The translations under genes and the position numbers were made by a program. The notes beneath the pieces were generated by a model that saw nothing but the letters and a program-made list of their open reading frames with translations, did not search any database and was not told the DNA's origin. Of a stretch of DNA of 64,000 nucleotides, positions 20,475-34,277 are shown piece by piece. The first letter of the stretch is position 1. Each line of letters opens with the position of its first letter. The DNA is from an uncultured beta proteobacterium (GTDB lineage: Bacteria; Pseudomonadota; Gammaproteobacteria; Burkholderiales; Burkholderiaceae_C), in the NCBI GenBank assembly GCA_903909815.1, contig CAIVXG010000013.1:946-64945 (forward strand), in the 5' to 3' direction.

Positions 20475-22238
20475 ATGACCTTGAACAGCTTGAAGATTTC
20501 CACCAAACTGGCCGCGCTGATTGGCGTCCTGTCGATGTTGTTGCTGATCATCGGAGGCATTGGCCTGTATGGCATGAGCAAGGGCGACACCGCCCTGGAA
20601 TCGATGTACACCGATCGGCTGGTGGCGACGGATCAGCTCACTGAAATCGATTACCTGATGCTGCGCAACCGCCTGGTGGTTGCGAATGCACTGATCGAGC
20701 AGACGGCGGAGCGCACCGGCAAATCGGTCGCCGAAGTGGAGACGAACAATGGCCGGATTGCCAAGCTGTGGGACGCATACATGCTGAGCTTTCTGGATCC
20801 GCAGGAGGTGCAGCTGGCCAAGGACTTTGCCGAGAAGCGCAAGCAGTTTGATCAGGATGCCATGCAGCCCGCCATGGTCGCGCTGCGCGCCAGCGACTAC
20901 AAGCTCGTTCAAAGCGTGGTGGTGGAAAAGATCCGGCCGCGGTTTGACGCGGTACGCGACGTCGTCACCGCCTTGGTCAAGCATCAGGTGGACGAAGCGA
21001 AGAAGGAGTTCGACATCGAGTCCGCCCGCTTTCACACCATCCGCACGGCGTCCATTGCCTCCATCTTGCTGGGCCTGCTGTTTGCAGTCTGGTTTGGCTG
21101 GACCCTGGTGCGCGGCATCACAAGGCCCTTGCAACGCGCGGTGGATATTTCCGACGCAGTGGCACATGGAGACTTGACGCAGGCCATCGCCACGGACGGA
21201 ACTGATGAAATCTCGGCGCTGATGCGGGCCTTGTCAGAGATGCAGGCCAGTCTTTCCAAGGTCGTGACCACCGTGCGCCAGGGCTCGGAAGGGGTGGCGA
21301 CGGCCAGCGCCGAAATTGCCTCAGGCAACCACGACCTGTCCAGCCGCACCGAAAGCCAGGCCAGCGCGCTGGAGCAGACAGCAGCGTCGATGGAACAACT
21401 CAGCTCCACAGTGAAACAAAATGCGGACAACGCGCGCCAGGCCAATCAGTTGGCCATGAGCGCCAGCACGGTGGCCATCCAGGGCGGGGAAGTCGTGGGC
21501 CAGGTGGTGCAGACCATGAAGGGCATCAACGACGCCTCGCGCAAGATTTCAGACATCATCAGCGTGATCGACGGTATTGCGTTTCAGACCAATATCCTGG
21601 CGCTCAACGCCGCTGTCGAGGCGGCGCGTGCTGGCGAGCAGGGCCGAGGCTTTGCTGTGGTGGCGAGCGAAGTGCGCTCCCTGGCCGGACGCAGTGCAGA
21701 GGCAGCCAAGGAAATTAAAACCTTGATCTCGGCCAGCGTCGAACGGGTGGCGCAGGGAACCGTATTGGTGGATCAGGCCGGCAGCACGATGCAGGAGGTG
21801 GTGAGCAGCATCCGGCGCGTGACCGACATCATGGGTGAGATCAGCGCGGCCAGCCAGGAGCAAAGCCTGGGCGTGGCCCAGGTGGGCGAGGCCGTCACCA
21901 GCCTGGACCAGACAACGCAGCAAAACGCGGCCTTGGTGGAGGAAATGGCCGCTGCCGCCAGCAGCCTGAATTCGCAAGCGGGCGAACTGGTGCAGGCCGT
22001 TGCAGTGTTCAAACTCGCGGGCGGGCAAGGCAGCCACGCCACCCGCATTCCGAACCGCAGCACTGCGTCCAAACCTTATACGCCGCCGCTTCGTCATCCA
22101 GCGCCCCGCGCCGCATTGGCACCGCTCAAGCCCAGGGCACCAACGAAGGTCGGCGCGGCGGCAAAGGCACCTCAGATCGCCTCGAAGCCTGCGCCCCCGG
22201 CAGCGGCCGCAGGAGGCGATGATTGGGAGTCCTTCTGA
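20475..22238 (+). CDS. methyl-accepting chemotaxis protein (4-helix-bundle sensor, HAMP, MA domain)
   Basis: N-terminal TM plus a Tar-like 4HB region. Highly conserved hairpin [37 protein letters not shown]. Pro/Ala-rich tail ending in DDWESF. Confidence 0.85.
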   Translation: MTLNSLKISTKLAALIGVLSMLLLIIGGIGLYGMSKGDTALESMYTDRLVATDQLTEIDYLMLRNRLVVANALIEQTAERTGKSVAEVETNNGRIAKLWDAYMLSFLDPQEVQLAKDFAEKRKQFDQDAMQPAMVALRASDYKLVQSVVVEKIRPRFDAVRDVVTALVKHQVDEAKKEFDIESARFHTIRTASIASILLGLLFAVWFGWTLVRGITRPLQRAVDISDAVAHGDLTQAIATDGTDEISALMRALSEMQASLSKVVTTVRQGSEGVATASAEIASGNHDLSSRTESQASALEQTAASMEQLSSTVKQNADNARQANQLAMSASTVAIQGGEVVGQVVQTMKGINDASRKISDIISVIDGIAFQTNILALNAAVEAARAGEQGRGFAVVASEVRSLAGRSAEAAKEIKTLISASVERVAQGTVLVDQAGSTMQEVVSSIRRVTDIMGEISAASQEQSLGVAQVGEAVTSLDQTTQQNAALVEEMAAAASSLNSQAGELVQAVAVFKLAGGQGSHATRIPNRSTASKPYTPPLRHPAPRAALAPLKPRAPTKVGAAAKAPQIASKPAPPAAAAGGDDWESF

Positions 22239-22322
22239 TACATTGCGGGAAAGACCAAAGCTACGCGCAGCGAGCGTGCTCTGTCCCCCACTGATCCGGG
22301 GTGTTTTGCGGGACAGGAGTCT

Positions 22323-23513
22323 TCAGCCCACTTGCCGCAACGGGCTGCGCTGTTCCAGTTCGTCCAGATAGCCTTCAATTCCCTGGCCTTCGCGTTCCAG
22401 GAATCGCTGCACTGCATCCGCGAAGGCGGGGTGCGCGAGCCAGTGCGCGCTGCTGGTTTTCACCGGCAGCAGAGCGCGCGCCATCTTGTGTTCGCCCTGG
22501 GCGCCGCCTTCAAAGCGCTGCACGCCGTGGGCGATGCACCATTGCAGAGGCTGGTAATAGCACAGCTCAAAGTGCAGGCAGTCCACGCGCTCGAGTGCGC
22601 CCCAGTAGCGACCGTAGGCGACACCGGGACTCATGGGGACGCCAGGCAATGGATCTGACAGCCCGATCAAACTGCTGGCGAGCGGGCGGCCGTCGCGCTC
22701 GGCCACAAACAGCAACCAGTTCTGCGCCATGTGATCGGCCATGGACTGGAAGAAACTGCGGCTCAGATAGGGCGCGTTGCCATGTTCAAGGTAGGTGCGC
22801 TCATAACAGCGATAGAAAAATTCCCAATCCTGCGCGCTGATATCTTGCCCCTGGGTCCAACGGATCACTACACCTGCGTTGCTCACCTTGCGCCGCTCCT
22901 GGCGAATCTTCTTACGCTTTTCCTGCGTCAGCGCGGCCAGGAATTGATCAAAGTCCCGGTAGCCGTCATTGTTCCAGTGGAATTGGACACTGTGGCGCAG
23001 CATCAGACCGGCCTGCGTACAAACCGCTTCGTCGTCGTCTGCAATGAACAGCAGGTGCAGCGACGACAACTTTTGATCCTGGCACCACAGCAGCAATGCG
23101 TTCAGCAGTGCCTGGCGCGTTTGAGCATCGCACGCCAGCAATCGGCTGCCAGGAACGGGCGTGAACGGCACGGCGGCCAGGGCCTTGGGGTAGTAGGCCA
23201 GGCCGTGCTCGGCATACGCGTTGGCCCAGGCCCAATCGAATACGTACTCGCCGTGCGAATGGGTCTTGAGGTATAGAGCGCAGGCCGCGCGCAGTTGCAG
23301 CTCATCGCTCGCATCGCGCTGCCACAGCGTCATGAAGCGTGGCGTCCACCCCGACTTTGGCCGGGCGCAGCCGCTGGTGTGCAGTGCCGCCAGATATTCG
23401 TGGCGCATGAACGGGTTGGGTTGTGACTGCGCAGCCAGCAGCGCATTCCATGCCTTGGCTGAGATGTCCAGCGGCGTATCGAGTACTCGAATGACATAAT
23501 CAGACGCACTCAC
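22323..23513 (-). CDS. COG3146/DUF482 FemAB-like (GNAT-fold) protein
   Basis: Only the C-terminal roughly 396 codons of the 751-aa track ORF look coding (PFMRHEYLAALHTSGCA..., YWGALERVDCLHFELCYYQ). GTG at 23513 is the likely start. The upstream part overlaps nadE antisense. Confidence 0.7.
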   Translation of the reverse strand: MSASDYVIRVLDTPLDISAKAWNALLAAQSQPNPFMRHEYLAALHTSGCARPKSGWTPRFMTLWQRDASDELQLRAACALYLKTHSHGEYVFDWAWANAYAEHGLAYYPKALAAVPFTPVPGSRLLACDAQTRQALLNALLLWCQDQKLSSLHLLFIADDDEAVCTQAGLMLRHSVQFHWNNDGYRDFDQFLAALTQEKRKKIRQERRKVSNAGVVIRWTQGQDISAQDWEFFYRCYERTYLEHGNAPYLSRSFFQSMADHMAQNWLLFVAERDGRPLASSLIGLSDPLPGVPMSPGVAYGRYWGALERVDCLHFELCYYQPLQWCIAHGVQRFEGGAQGEHKMARALLPVKTSSAHWLAHPAFADAVQRFLEREGQGIEGYLDELEQRSPLRQVG

Positions 23514-23606
23514 GTCGTACCCCACAGGTACTGATTTTTTCTGGCGGTGGTTGGCATCCGCTTCAGGGCCTGAACCCGCTGGGCCCACACTTGGTTTTGT
23601 GTACTC

Positions 23607-26227
<2,621 letters not shown>

Positions 26228-26231
<4 letters not shown>

Positions 26232-26641
26232 GCCAGCCACCTTTGCGCCAGCGCCGCCGACCAGGTGCCAGCGCACAGGATCAGGCTGAGCAGCACGGCG
26301 GCGCTTCCCATGTCCTTGGCACGCTTGGACAAGTCGTGCCATTCGGGGCCGATACGGTCGATCGCCGCCTCCAGGCCGGTGTTGAGCAACTCAACGATCA
26401 TGACAAGGAGGATGGAGCCGGCGAGCAGGGAGGTTTCCACCCAGGTTCGGCCGAGCCAGAACGACAGTGGGAGCGCCAGCAGCGCCACCATGGCTTCCTG
26501 GCGAAAAGCGGGCTCGCCCCAGCCGGCTTGCAGGCCTTGAAGCGAATAGCCGGTGGCGTGCCAAAGGCGACTCCAGCCGCGGCGGGCCTTCTGCGGATTG
26601 ACCGGGTCACTGGTCGGGCGTTGGGGGGCATGAGAGGACAT
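26228..26641 (-). CDS. dgkA: diacylglycerol kinase
   Basis: ATGYSLQGLQAGWGEPAFRQE ... VELLNTGLEAAIDRIG ... KDMGSAAV, typical of small trimeric DgkA. ATG at 26641. Confidence 0.85.
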
Positions 26642-26666
26642 GCACCGATTGTCGCCGAGGAAGAAG

Positions 26667-27185
26667 TCAGGGTTTGAGCGGCGCACTCGAGATCAGGCGC
26701 GTGCCGGCCAGAGCGTCGTGCCAGAACTGCTGTTGCGGATGAAAGCGGCTCAGCACCGCCCAAACTGCAACCCAGCCGAGAACGAGGACGAGCGATTCCG
26801 GGCCCGACAGGTGAAAAGGTGCGAGCGCCGCCAGCGGCGGCAAGAACCACAACCAGCTCAGGAGATAGCGAGCCAGCGCTCGCCACTGGGTGAGAGCATG
26901 ACCCTGGGTGTCGACCACGCGGATGTGCCAGGTTTTCATGGCCAGGGTCTGCCCCTTGGACCAGAACCAGGTGAAGTAAATGCCAAACACGACCAGCAAG
27001 AAGGCCTGCAATGCGTTGCGGTTGTCCATGGCATTGCGGGTTTGGCTCAGCGTGCCGAACAGGTAGGCCGCGACAAAAAATACCCCCACCAGCAGCAAAC
27101 CTTCGTACAGCATGCAGGCCAGACGCCGGCGCAAACTGGGCGCATGCAAGGGGAGCGTGGAGAAGGTCGGGGCAGGCTCAGGCAT
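26667..27185 (-). CDS. RDD family membrane protein
   Basis: Has the RDD-domain pattern (RRRLACMLYEGLL..., GQTLAMKTWHIRVVD) and three predicted TM segments. ATG at 27185 is chosen because the upstream gene ends at 27220. Confidence 0.7.
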   Translation of the reverse strand: MPEPAPTFSTLPLHAPSLRRRLACMLYEGLLLVGVFFVAAYLFGTLSQTRNAMDNRNALQAFLLVVFGIYFTWFWSKGQTLAMKTWHIRVVDTQGHALTQWRALARYLLSWLWFLPPLAALAPFHLSGPESLVLVLGWVAVWAVLSRFHPQQQFWHDALAGTRLISSAPLKP

Positions 27186-27219
27186 ATCGGGGCAAAGTTG
27201 GCCCATCAGGCACAACGGT

Positions 27220-27978
27220 TCAATCGGTCGCTGTGAGGGTAGTCGCTGGCGCAGAAGGCGCTGACGCCGGCCCAGCTGCAGACGCCGCGGCCGATGCTGC
27301 CATGGCATTTTCGCGGTGCGGAAGCAGGGTTTTTTCGTCAATCTTGTGCGTTGCAGCAGCTATCTTCTGCCCCGGCTTGGCAGACTTTGGCGATGTGGGA
27401 ACCACCGTGAGTTGGGCGGATGGGTCAGGTTTCACAGCAGGTGCCGCCCCTTTGGGCGAAGCCGGAACTTTGAGCGCGAGCCGGTGTTTTTCTTCCGGAC
27501 TCAGGGCTTGATAGGCCTGCCATTTCTCCTGCTTTTCTGCGGGTGAGATGGCCTTGGCCTGGGCGTAGTTCAGGCGCGCCTGAGTGCGCTGCTGTGCGCT
27601 GAGCGTGACCCATTCGTTCATCCGCTCCTGCAGTTTGGCCTGCTCGGCGCTGGACATGCTTGGATAATTTTTGGACAGGGCCAGCCACTTGCGCTTGCGT
27701 CCTTCGCTCAGCTCATTCCAGCTCGCTCCCAGGGGCTTGAGCGCCAATTGTTGTGCGGGCGTGAGATCAAGCCACAGTGGTCGCATGGCAGCCGGCTTGG
27801 ACGCCGAAGCTCGCGACGGTGCGACGCCGCTTGCGTGAATTGTCGGCAGCTGTGCACTGGCGGGCGCGGAAGTTCCGCCGACCGCAATCGAGGTCACCAG
27901 CACCAGCAGCAGTGCCAGACCTGACCCAAGCCAAAGCGCCTTGCGCGAGTGCACCATCACGAACAGCCGCTTGCGCAT
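27220..27978 (-). CDS. DUF3106 domain protein (secreted, repeat-helical)
   Basis: Signal peptide, then repeated motifs W..L.P.Q / S.EQ..L.ERM..W / SPEEK..., characteristic of DUF3106. Confidence 0.7.
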   Translation of the reverse strand: MRKRLFVMVHSRKALWLGSGLALLLVLVTSIAVGGTSAPASAQLPTIHASGVAPSRASASKPAAMRPLWLDLTPAQQLALKPLGASWNELSEGRKRKWLALSKNYPSMSSAEQAKLQERMNEWVTLSAQQRTQARLNYAQAKAISPAEKQEKWQAYQALSPEEKHRLALKVPASPKGAAPAVKPDPSAQLTVVPTSPKSAKPGQKIAAATHKIDEKTLLPHRENAMAASAAASAAGPASAPSAPATTLTATD

Positions 27979-27992
27979 ACCGGGCGCGAGCT

Positions 27993-28430
27993 CTAGCGAG
28001 CCTGGTCCTTGTTTGCCTTGAGAAAATTGACGAAGCCTGGATCGGCGTAAGCCGAGGGCGGCAATTCGTCTGTCAGGATGGCAGAGTCAACTTCAGCTAC
28101 TTCATCGGCACGGTATTGGTTTTGCACCACATTGATGCCGACCAAGCCCATGGCCAGCACCACCAAAGGGATCGCAGACACCAGGCGGCTCCACCAATTG
28201 AGTCCTTCGTCACCAAAGGTGAGCGCGGCGGCACCACCCGAATTGACCACTACGGCTGCTGTGCGGGTGGGCGCGATCTTGCGCTTGGACAGTGCTTGCA
28301 TGCGCGCAGCGCGCAGGCGCTCCGAGACCTCGTAAGGCAGGTCGGTCGTGGCACCGGACAGCCGTGCTGCCAGCTTCAGCCCATACTGGTTTTGCAGGTT
28401 TTCTGCGCGGCGGTGAAGTGTTTCAGTCAT
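27993..28430 (-). CDS. DUF3619 family protein (single-pass membrane, putative anti-sigma-like partner)
   Basis: 145 aa. MTETLHRRAENLQNQYGLKLAARLS...LPYEVSERLRAARMQAL and one TM (IPLVVLAMGLVGINVV). 4-nt overlap with the sigma gene. Confidence 0.65.
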   Translation of the reverse strand: MTETLHRRAENLQNQYGLKLAARLSGATTDLPYEVSERLRAARMQALSKRKIAPTRTAAVVVNSGGAAALTFGDEGLNWWSRLVSAIPLVVLAMGLVGINVVQNQYRADEVAEVDSAILTDELPPSAYADPGFVNFLKANKDQAR

Positions 28431-29032
28431 AGTTGTATTCCCTTGGCTTTAAGTGCAGCGCTCAGTGCCTGTGTGGCCCTGAAGCAATGCACCTTCACGC
28501 TGCCCTCTGAGCAGCCCATCGCTGCGGCGGTCTCGGCAACGTCCATCTCTTCCCAGTAACGCATGAGGAAGGCTTCCCGTTGACGTGGCGACAACTGCTG
28601 CAACTCAGTTTCGATTTCACGCAAGACTTGTGCCCGATTTGTCGTGGTCTCGGCGCTCTCCGTGCCCTCTGAGTCGTTTTCGACCTCCAAAGTTTCCAAA
28701 ATATCAAAATCTTCCTCTTCCGAGGCACTGTGGTAATCGCTGAAGTTGGAAAACACGGCGTTGCGCGTCTTCTGCCGCCGAAACCAGTCCAGGGTGCAGT
28801 TGGACAATATGCGCTGGAACAACAATGGCAGTTCGGCTGCGGGCTTGTCACCGTAGTGCTCGGCCAATTTCATCATGCTTTCCTGCACGATATCCAGCGC
28901 CGACTCCTCGTTGCGAACGTGATAAACGGAGCGTTTGAACGCACGTTTCTCCACCCCTTTGAGGAATTCTGAGAGCTCTTGTTCAGTGGCCAAGGTGGCG
29001 TCCGGTGAGGGAAGGACCCCCGACATGCGCAA
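28427..29032 (-). CDS. ECF-type RNA polymerase sigma-70 factor
   Basis: Region 2 (ALDIVQESMMKLAEHY ... LFQRILSNCTLDWFRR) and region 4 (LSPRQREAFLMRYWEEMDVAETAAAMGCSEGSVKVHCFRA). Confidence 0.85.
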   Translation of the reverse strand: MRMSGVLPSPDATLATEQELSEFLKGVEKRAFKRSVYHVRNEESALDIVQESMMKLAEHYGDKPAAELPLLFQRILSNCTLDWFRRQKTRNAVFSNFSDYHSASEEEDFDILETLEVENDSEGTESAETTTNRAQVLREIETELQQLSPRQREAFLMRYWEEMDVAETAAAMGCSEGSVKVHCFRATQALSAALKAKGIQL

Positions 29033-29310
29033 TGGGCCAAGCGTCGGGAATGAAGAATGCGCAAATTATCGCATTGCGGCAAGCCGGGTCGACCCGGGCC
29101 AAGCGCATGCAATTGAATTTACCTGCAGAGTGAAAATGCTGCAATGCAATGCGATAATCAGCCCGCAAGTCAAAAAAGGCAAAAGGGTCTCGGCTCGGCG
29201 GTCCAACTATTCCGCCCATGGCCTTGGCCTCAAGTCCCGACACCGCCCCACAAGGGCATGGTGAAGGGGCACCCAAGGTTTTTCGTTAGAGAAATTCACA
29301 AAGGTTCATC

Positions 29311-31095
29311 ATGGAAATTTCAAAAGTCGAACTCTCGGCAACATCGGCGACGGCGCATGCCACGCCCAAATCCGTTCCCGAACTCATGGGTTCGGAAATT
29401 CTGATCAAGACCCTTCAGGCTGAAGGCGTCAAGTACATCTGGGGTTACCCCGGCGGCGCCGTCCTGTATATCTACGACGCCTTGTACAAGCAGGACACGA
29501 TGCAGCACGTGCTGGTGCGCCATGAGCAGGCGGCGGTGCATGCCGCGGACGGCTATGCGCGCGCCACCGGTGATGTAGGCGTGGCTCTGGTCACATCGGG
29601 TCCGGGCCTGACCAATGCCGTCACCGGTATCGCCACCGCCTACATGGACAGCATTCCAATGGTGATCGTCGCCGGCCAGGTGCCCACGCACGCCATCGGA
29701 CAGGACGCTTTTCAGGAGTGCGATACGGTGGGTATCACGCGCCCTGTAGTGAAGCACAACTTCCTGGTGAAGGACGTGCGTGATCTGGCCTTGACCATGA
29801 AGAAGGCTTTTCACATCGCGCGCAGCGGGCGCCCGGGCCCGGTGGTGGTGGACATCCCCAAGGACGTGTCCTTTAAGAAGACGCCTTATGCGGGTTACCC
29901 TGAAACCGTGGAAATGCGCTCCTACAACCCGGTGCGCAAGGGCCATTCAGGACAGATTCGCAAGGCGCTGCAGCTGCTGCTGGCGGCCAAGCGTCCCTAC
30001 ATTTACACCGGCGGCGGCGTGGTCGCGAGCAACGCGTCGGCCGAACTGCGCGCGCTGGTGGACATGCTGGGTTACCCGACCACACAGACGCTGATGGGTC
30101 TGGGTTCCTACCCGGCGAGCGACCGCAAGTTTTTGGGCATGCTGGGCATGCACGGCACGCTGGAGGCGAACAACGCCATGCAGCACTGCGACGTGTTGCT
30201 GGCGGTGGGGGCGCGCTTTGACGATCGCGTGATCGGCAACCCCAAGCACTTTGCTCAGAACGAACGCAAGATCATCCACATCGACATCGACCCGTCGAGC
30301 ATTTCCAAGCGCGTCAAGGTCGACATCCCGATCGTGGGTGACGTGAAGGATGTGTTGACCGAAATGATCTCCATGATTCGCGACGGCAGCGTCAAACCCG
30401 ATCCGACGGCCTTGAGCGCGTGGTGGGAAACGATCGAAGGCTGGCGTAGCCGCGATTGCCTCAAGTACGACCACGGCAAGGGCGACGTGATCAAGCCGCA
30501 ATACGTGGTGGAGACGCTGTGGAACATGACCAGGGATGCCGACGCCTATGTCACCTCGGACGTGGGCCAGCACCAGATGTGGGCGGCGCAGTACTACCGC
30601 TTTGACGAACCGCGGCGCTGGATCAATTCGGGCGGCCTGGGCACCATGGGGGTGGGCATCCCCTACGCCATGGGCATCAAGCTGGCCAAGCCCGAGAGCG
30701 AGGTTTTTTGCGTCACCGGCGAGGGCTCGGTGCAGATGTGTATTCAGGAACTTTCCACCTGCCTGCAGTACAACACGCCGATCAAGATCCTGGCCTTGAA
30801 CAACCGTTACCTGGGCATGGTGCGCCAATGGCAGGAGATCGAATACTCCGGTCGCTACAGCCATAGCTACATGGACGCACTGCCCGATTTCGTCAAATTG
30901 GCCGAGGCTTATGGCCACGTCGGCATGCTGATCGAGCGCCCCGAGGACGTCGAAGCTGCGCTGCGCGAGGCGCGCAAACTCAAGGATCGCACCGTGTTCA
31001 TGGACTTCCGAACCGACCCCACGGAGAACGTGTTCCCCATGGTGAAGGCCGGCATGGGCATCACCGAAATGTTGCTTGGCGCGGAGGATCTCTGA
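29311..31095 (+). CDS. ilvI: acetolactate synthase (biosynthetic) large subunit
   Basis: 594 aa TPP enzyme. [37 protein letters not shown]. Confidence 0.9.
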   Translation: MEISKVELSATSATAHATPKSVPELMGSEILIKTLQAEGVKYIWGYPGGAVLYIYDALYKQDTMQHVLVRHEQAAVHAADGYARATGDVGVALVTSGPGLTNAVTGIATAYMDSIPMVIVAGQVPTHAIGQDAFQECDTVGITRPVVKHNFLVKDVRDLALTMKKAFHIARSGRPGPVVVDIPKDVSFKKTPYAGYPETVEMRSYNPVRKGHSGQIRKALQLLLAAKRPYIYTGGGVVASNASAELRALVDMLGYPTTQTLMGLGSYPASDRKFLGMLGMHGTLEANNAMQHCDVLLAVGARFDDRVIGNPKHFAQNERKIIHIDIDPSSISKRVKVDIPIVGDVKDVLTEMISMIRDGSVKPDPTALSAWWETIEGWRSRDCLKYDHGKGDVIKPQYVVETLWNMTRDADAYVTSDVGQHQMWAAQYYRFDEPRRWINSGGLGTMGVGIPYAMGIKLAKPESEVFCVTGEGSVQMCIQELSTCLQYNTPIKILALNNRYLGMVRQWQEIEYSGRYSHSYMDALPDFVKLAEAYGHVGMLIERPEDVEAALREARKLKDRTVFMDFRTDPTENVFPMVKAGMGITEMLLGAEDL

Positions 31096-31096
31096 C

Positions 31097-31588
31097 ATGA
31101 AACACATCATTGCTGTCTTGCTGGAAAATGAACCCGGCGCGCTGTCGCGCGTGGTGGGCCTGTTCTCTGCCCGTGGCTACAACATCGAGTCGCTGACGGT
31201 GGCGCCGACCGAAGACCCGAGCCTGTCGCGCATGACAATCCAGACCACGGGGTCAGACGACGTGATCGAGCAGATCACCAAGCACCTGAACCGCCTCATC
31301 GAAGTCGTCAAGGTGGTTGACCTGACCGAAGGCGCCTACACCGAGCGCGAACTCATGATGGTCAAAGTGCGCGCCGTGGGCAAGGAGCGCGAAGAGATGA
31401 AGCGCATGGCGGATATCTTTCGCGGCCGCATCATCGATGTGACCGAGAAGAGCTATACGATCGAATTGACCGGCGATCAGGGCAAGAACGATGCCTTTTT
31501 GGAAGCGCTCGAACGCGGCTCGATCCTGGAGACGGTTCGCACCGGCTCCAGCGGCATTGGGCGCGGGGAGCGTATTCTTCGGGTCTGA
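31097..31588 (+). CDS. ilvH: acetolactate synthase small (regulatory) subunit
   Basis: MKHIIAVLLENEPGALSRVVGLFSARGYNIESLTVAPTEDPSLSRMTI (ACT domain). The ATG at 31097 begins 2 nt after the ilvI stop codon (TGA 31093-31095). Confidence 0.9.
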   Translation: MKHIIAVLLENEPGALSRVVGLFSARGYNIESLTVAPTEDPSLSRMTIQTTGSDDVIEQITKHLNRLIEVVKVVDLTEGAYTERELMMVKVRAVGKEREEMKRMADIFRGRIIDVTEKSYTIELTGDQGKNDAFLEALERGSILETVRTGSSGIGRGERILRV

Positions 31589-31613
31589 GTTTTCCAAGTC
31601 CGTGCGCGCGTTT

Positions 31614-32733
<1,120 letters not shown>

Positions 32734-32760
32734 TGGAGAAGGGGCTCTGACCCCAGGATC

Positions 32761-32788
32761 GGGGCCACTTCGGTGGCCCTTTTTTTTG
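32761..32788 (+). terminator. intrinsic terminator after ilvC
   Basis: GGGGCCAC ttcg GTGGCCC followed by an 8-T run. Confidence 0.75.
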
Positions 32789-32982
32789 GGTCCGGTGCGA
32801 TGCTGCAGGAGATCCCTCCAGTCCATGCAGCAACGGGCTGCTGCATGCTGGTGTGCGCGCTCGAACCGGGTGCAGATCGCTTGTCGGTGTTTACCCTAAT
32901 CGGGTTTCTTTGTGACGTTAGGGTAGATAAATTGAAGGGATTGCAATAGGATCGCCGACCATTGCACACTTAATGTAACAAA

Positions 32983-33255
32983 ATGTTTCATCTTAAACGC
33001 GTCGAAGCTCTGAATCCGCAGCGCAACAACCCCGAGATGCATAAACAAAAGTTTGATGCCTTATGCGCCTGGATCGAGGCGCATCTTTCGGAATCCATTG
33101 GTTGGCAAGAACTGATGAAGCATAGCGGTCTGGAGTACCAAACGATTCAGGCGCTGTTCTTTCGATTCACGAACACCACCGCCATGACCTGGATTCGGCG
33201 TCGCCGCGAAGCTTTGCCATCGGTGGCTACGGAATCGTGTTCCACTCATGGGTGA
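32983..33255 (+). CDS. small AraC-family HTH-like protein (hypothetical)
   Basis: 90 aa. FDALCAWIEAHLSESIGWQELMKHSGLEYQTIQALFFRFTNTTAMTWIRRRRE follows the AraC/XylS single-HTH pattern. It sits in a visibly lower-GC pocket. Confidence 0.4.
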   Translation: MFHLKRVEALNPQRNNPEMHKQKFDALCAWIEAHLSESIGWQELMKHSGLEYQTIQALFFRFTNTTAMTWIRRRREALPSVATESCSTHG

Positions 33256-33308
33256 CAAACCGCCTGCCGTACACTCGGCGTCTGCCCACCGCCTGTGAAG
33301 CCACACCC

Positions 33309-34118
33309 ATGAACGAAGACGAATCATTCAGCACCAAGTCCGACGAAGTTCCGGCAGTTCCCAAGCGCCGCAAGGGCATCTACGTGCTGCCCAATCTGTT
33401 CACGCTGGCGGCGCTGTTTGGCGGCTTCTACGCCATCGTGATGGCCATCAACGGCCGCTTCGATCTCGCAGTCTATGGCATTGCCTGCGCTATGGTGCTG
33501 GACAGTCTGGATGGCCGCGTGGCGCGGATGACGAACACGCAAAGCGCCTTTGGCGAGCAGATGGATTCGCTTTCCGACATGGTGTCTTTTGGCGCAGCGC
33601 CCGCATTGATTTCCTACATCTGGGCGCTCAAGGGCCTGGGCCGCTGGGGCTGGATCGCTGCCTTCGTGTATATCTCGTGCGCCGCCCTGCGTTTGGCGCG
33701 TTTCAACGTCAACACCGCAGTGGTGGATAAGCGCTATTTTCAGGGTCTGCCGTCGCCTGCGGCCGCGGCCATCGTGGCCAGCTTCATCTACACCATGAAC
33801 GACCTGGACATCACCGGGCCTAGCGTGGCCTGGCCCATGTTTTCGATCGCCTTGTACGCGGGTTTGACCATGGTGACGAATGTGCCTTTTTACAGCTTCA
33901 AGGAAGTCTCCAAGAAGAGCGTTCCGTTCGTAGTGCTGGTGGCCATCGCCCTTGTCATCGCCGCCATCAACATCGACCCGCCCAAGGTGCTGTTCGGTAT
34001 CTTTGTCGTGTATGGTCTGAGCGGCTACGTGATTTACGGCTGGCGCAAGGCCAAGGGGGTGCCGACCAGCGTCATCAGCACTTCCACCGATGAACCGGAC
34101 GAGAAGGGCCTGCATTGA
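33309..34118 (+). CDS. pssA: CDP-diacylglycerol--serine O-phosphatidyltransferase (type II)
   Basis: CDP-alcohol phosphatidyltransferase motif DSLDGRVARMTNTQSAFGEQMDSLSD. ATG at 33309. Confidence 0.85.
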   Translation: MNEDESFSTKSDEVPAVPKRRKGIYVLPNLFTLAALFGGFYAIVMAINGRFDLAVYGIACAMVLDSLDGRVARMTNTQSAFGEQMDSLSDMVSFGAAPALISYIWALKGLGRWGWIAAFVYISCAALRLARFNVNTAVVDKRYFQGLPSPAAAAIVASFIYTMNDLDITGPSVAWPMFSIALYAGLTMVTNVPFYSFKEVSKKSVPFVVLVAIALVIAAINIDPPKVLFGIFVVYGLSGYVIYGWRKAKGVPTSVISTSTDEPDEKGLH

Positions 34119-34141
34119 GAAAGCTGTGCTACAGTGAGGTT

Positions 34142-34198
34142 ATGAAAAGTATTTCGCTAGTGCTACTGCTGCTACGCCAACACGGGCAGGTTCAGTAA
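34142..34198 (+). CDS. leucine-operon leader peptide ([18 protein letters not shown])
   Basis: 18 codons, 5 of them Leu (CTA,CTA,CTG,CTG,CTA) clustered at positions 6-11. GAGG lies just upstream. Followed by a terminator and then leuA. Confidence 0.65.
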   Translation: MKSISLVLLLLRQHGQVQ

Positions 34199-34222
34199 CG
34201 CCATCGCGATCACTGTTTTCCC

Positions 34223-34262
34223 AAGGCCCGTATGCATTCGCAACGGGCCTTTTTTATTTTTC
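34223..34262 (+). terminator. attenuator terminator upstream of leuA
   Basis: AAGGCCCGT atgcattcgca ACGGGCCTT followed by TTTTTATTTTT, 16 nt before the leuA ATG. Confidence 0.7.
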
Positions 34263-34277
34263 TCATCGGAGCGAACC

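Noticed and set aside
29033-29310. Leader peptide or attenuator in front of ilvI, and an ECF-type promoter for the divergent sigma gene
   Set aside because: No short ORF enriched in Val, Ile or Leu. No convincing terminator hairpin. No clear GGAAC-N16-CGT-like motif found by eye.
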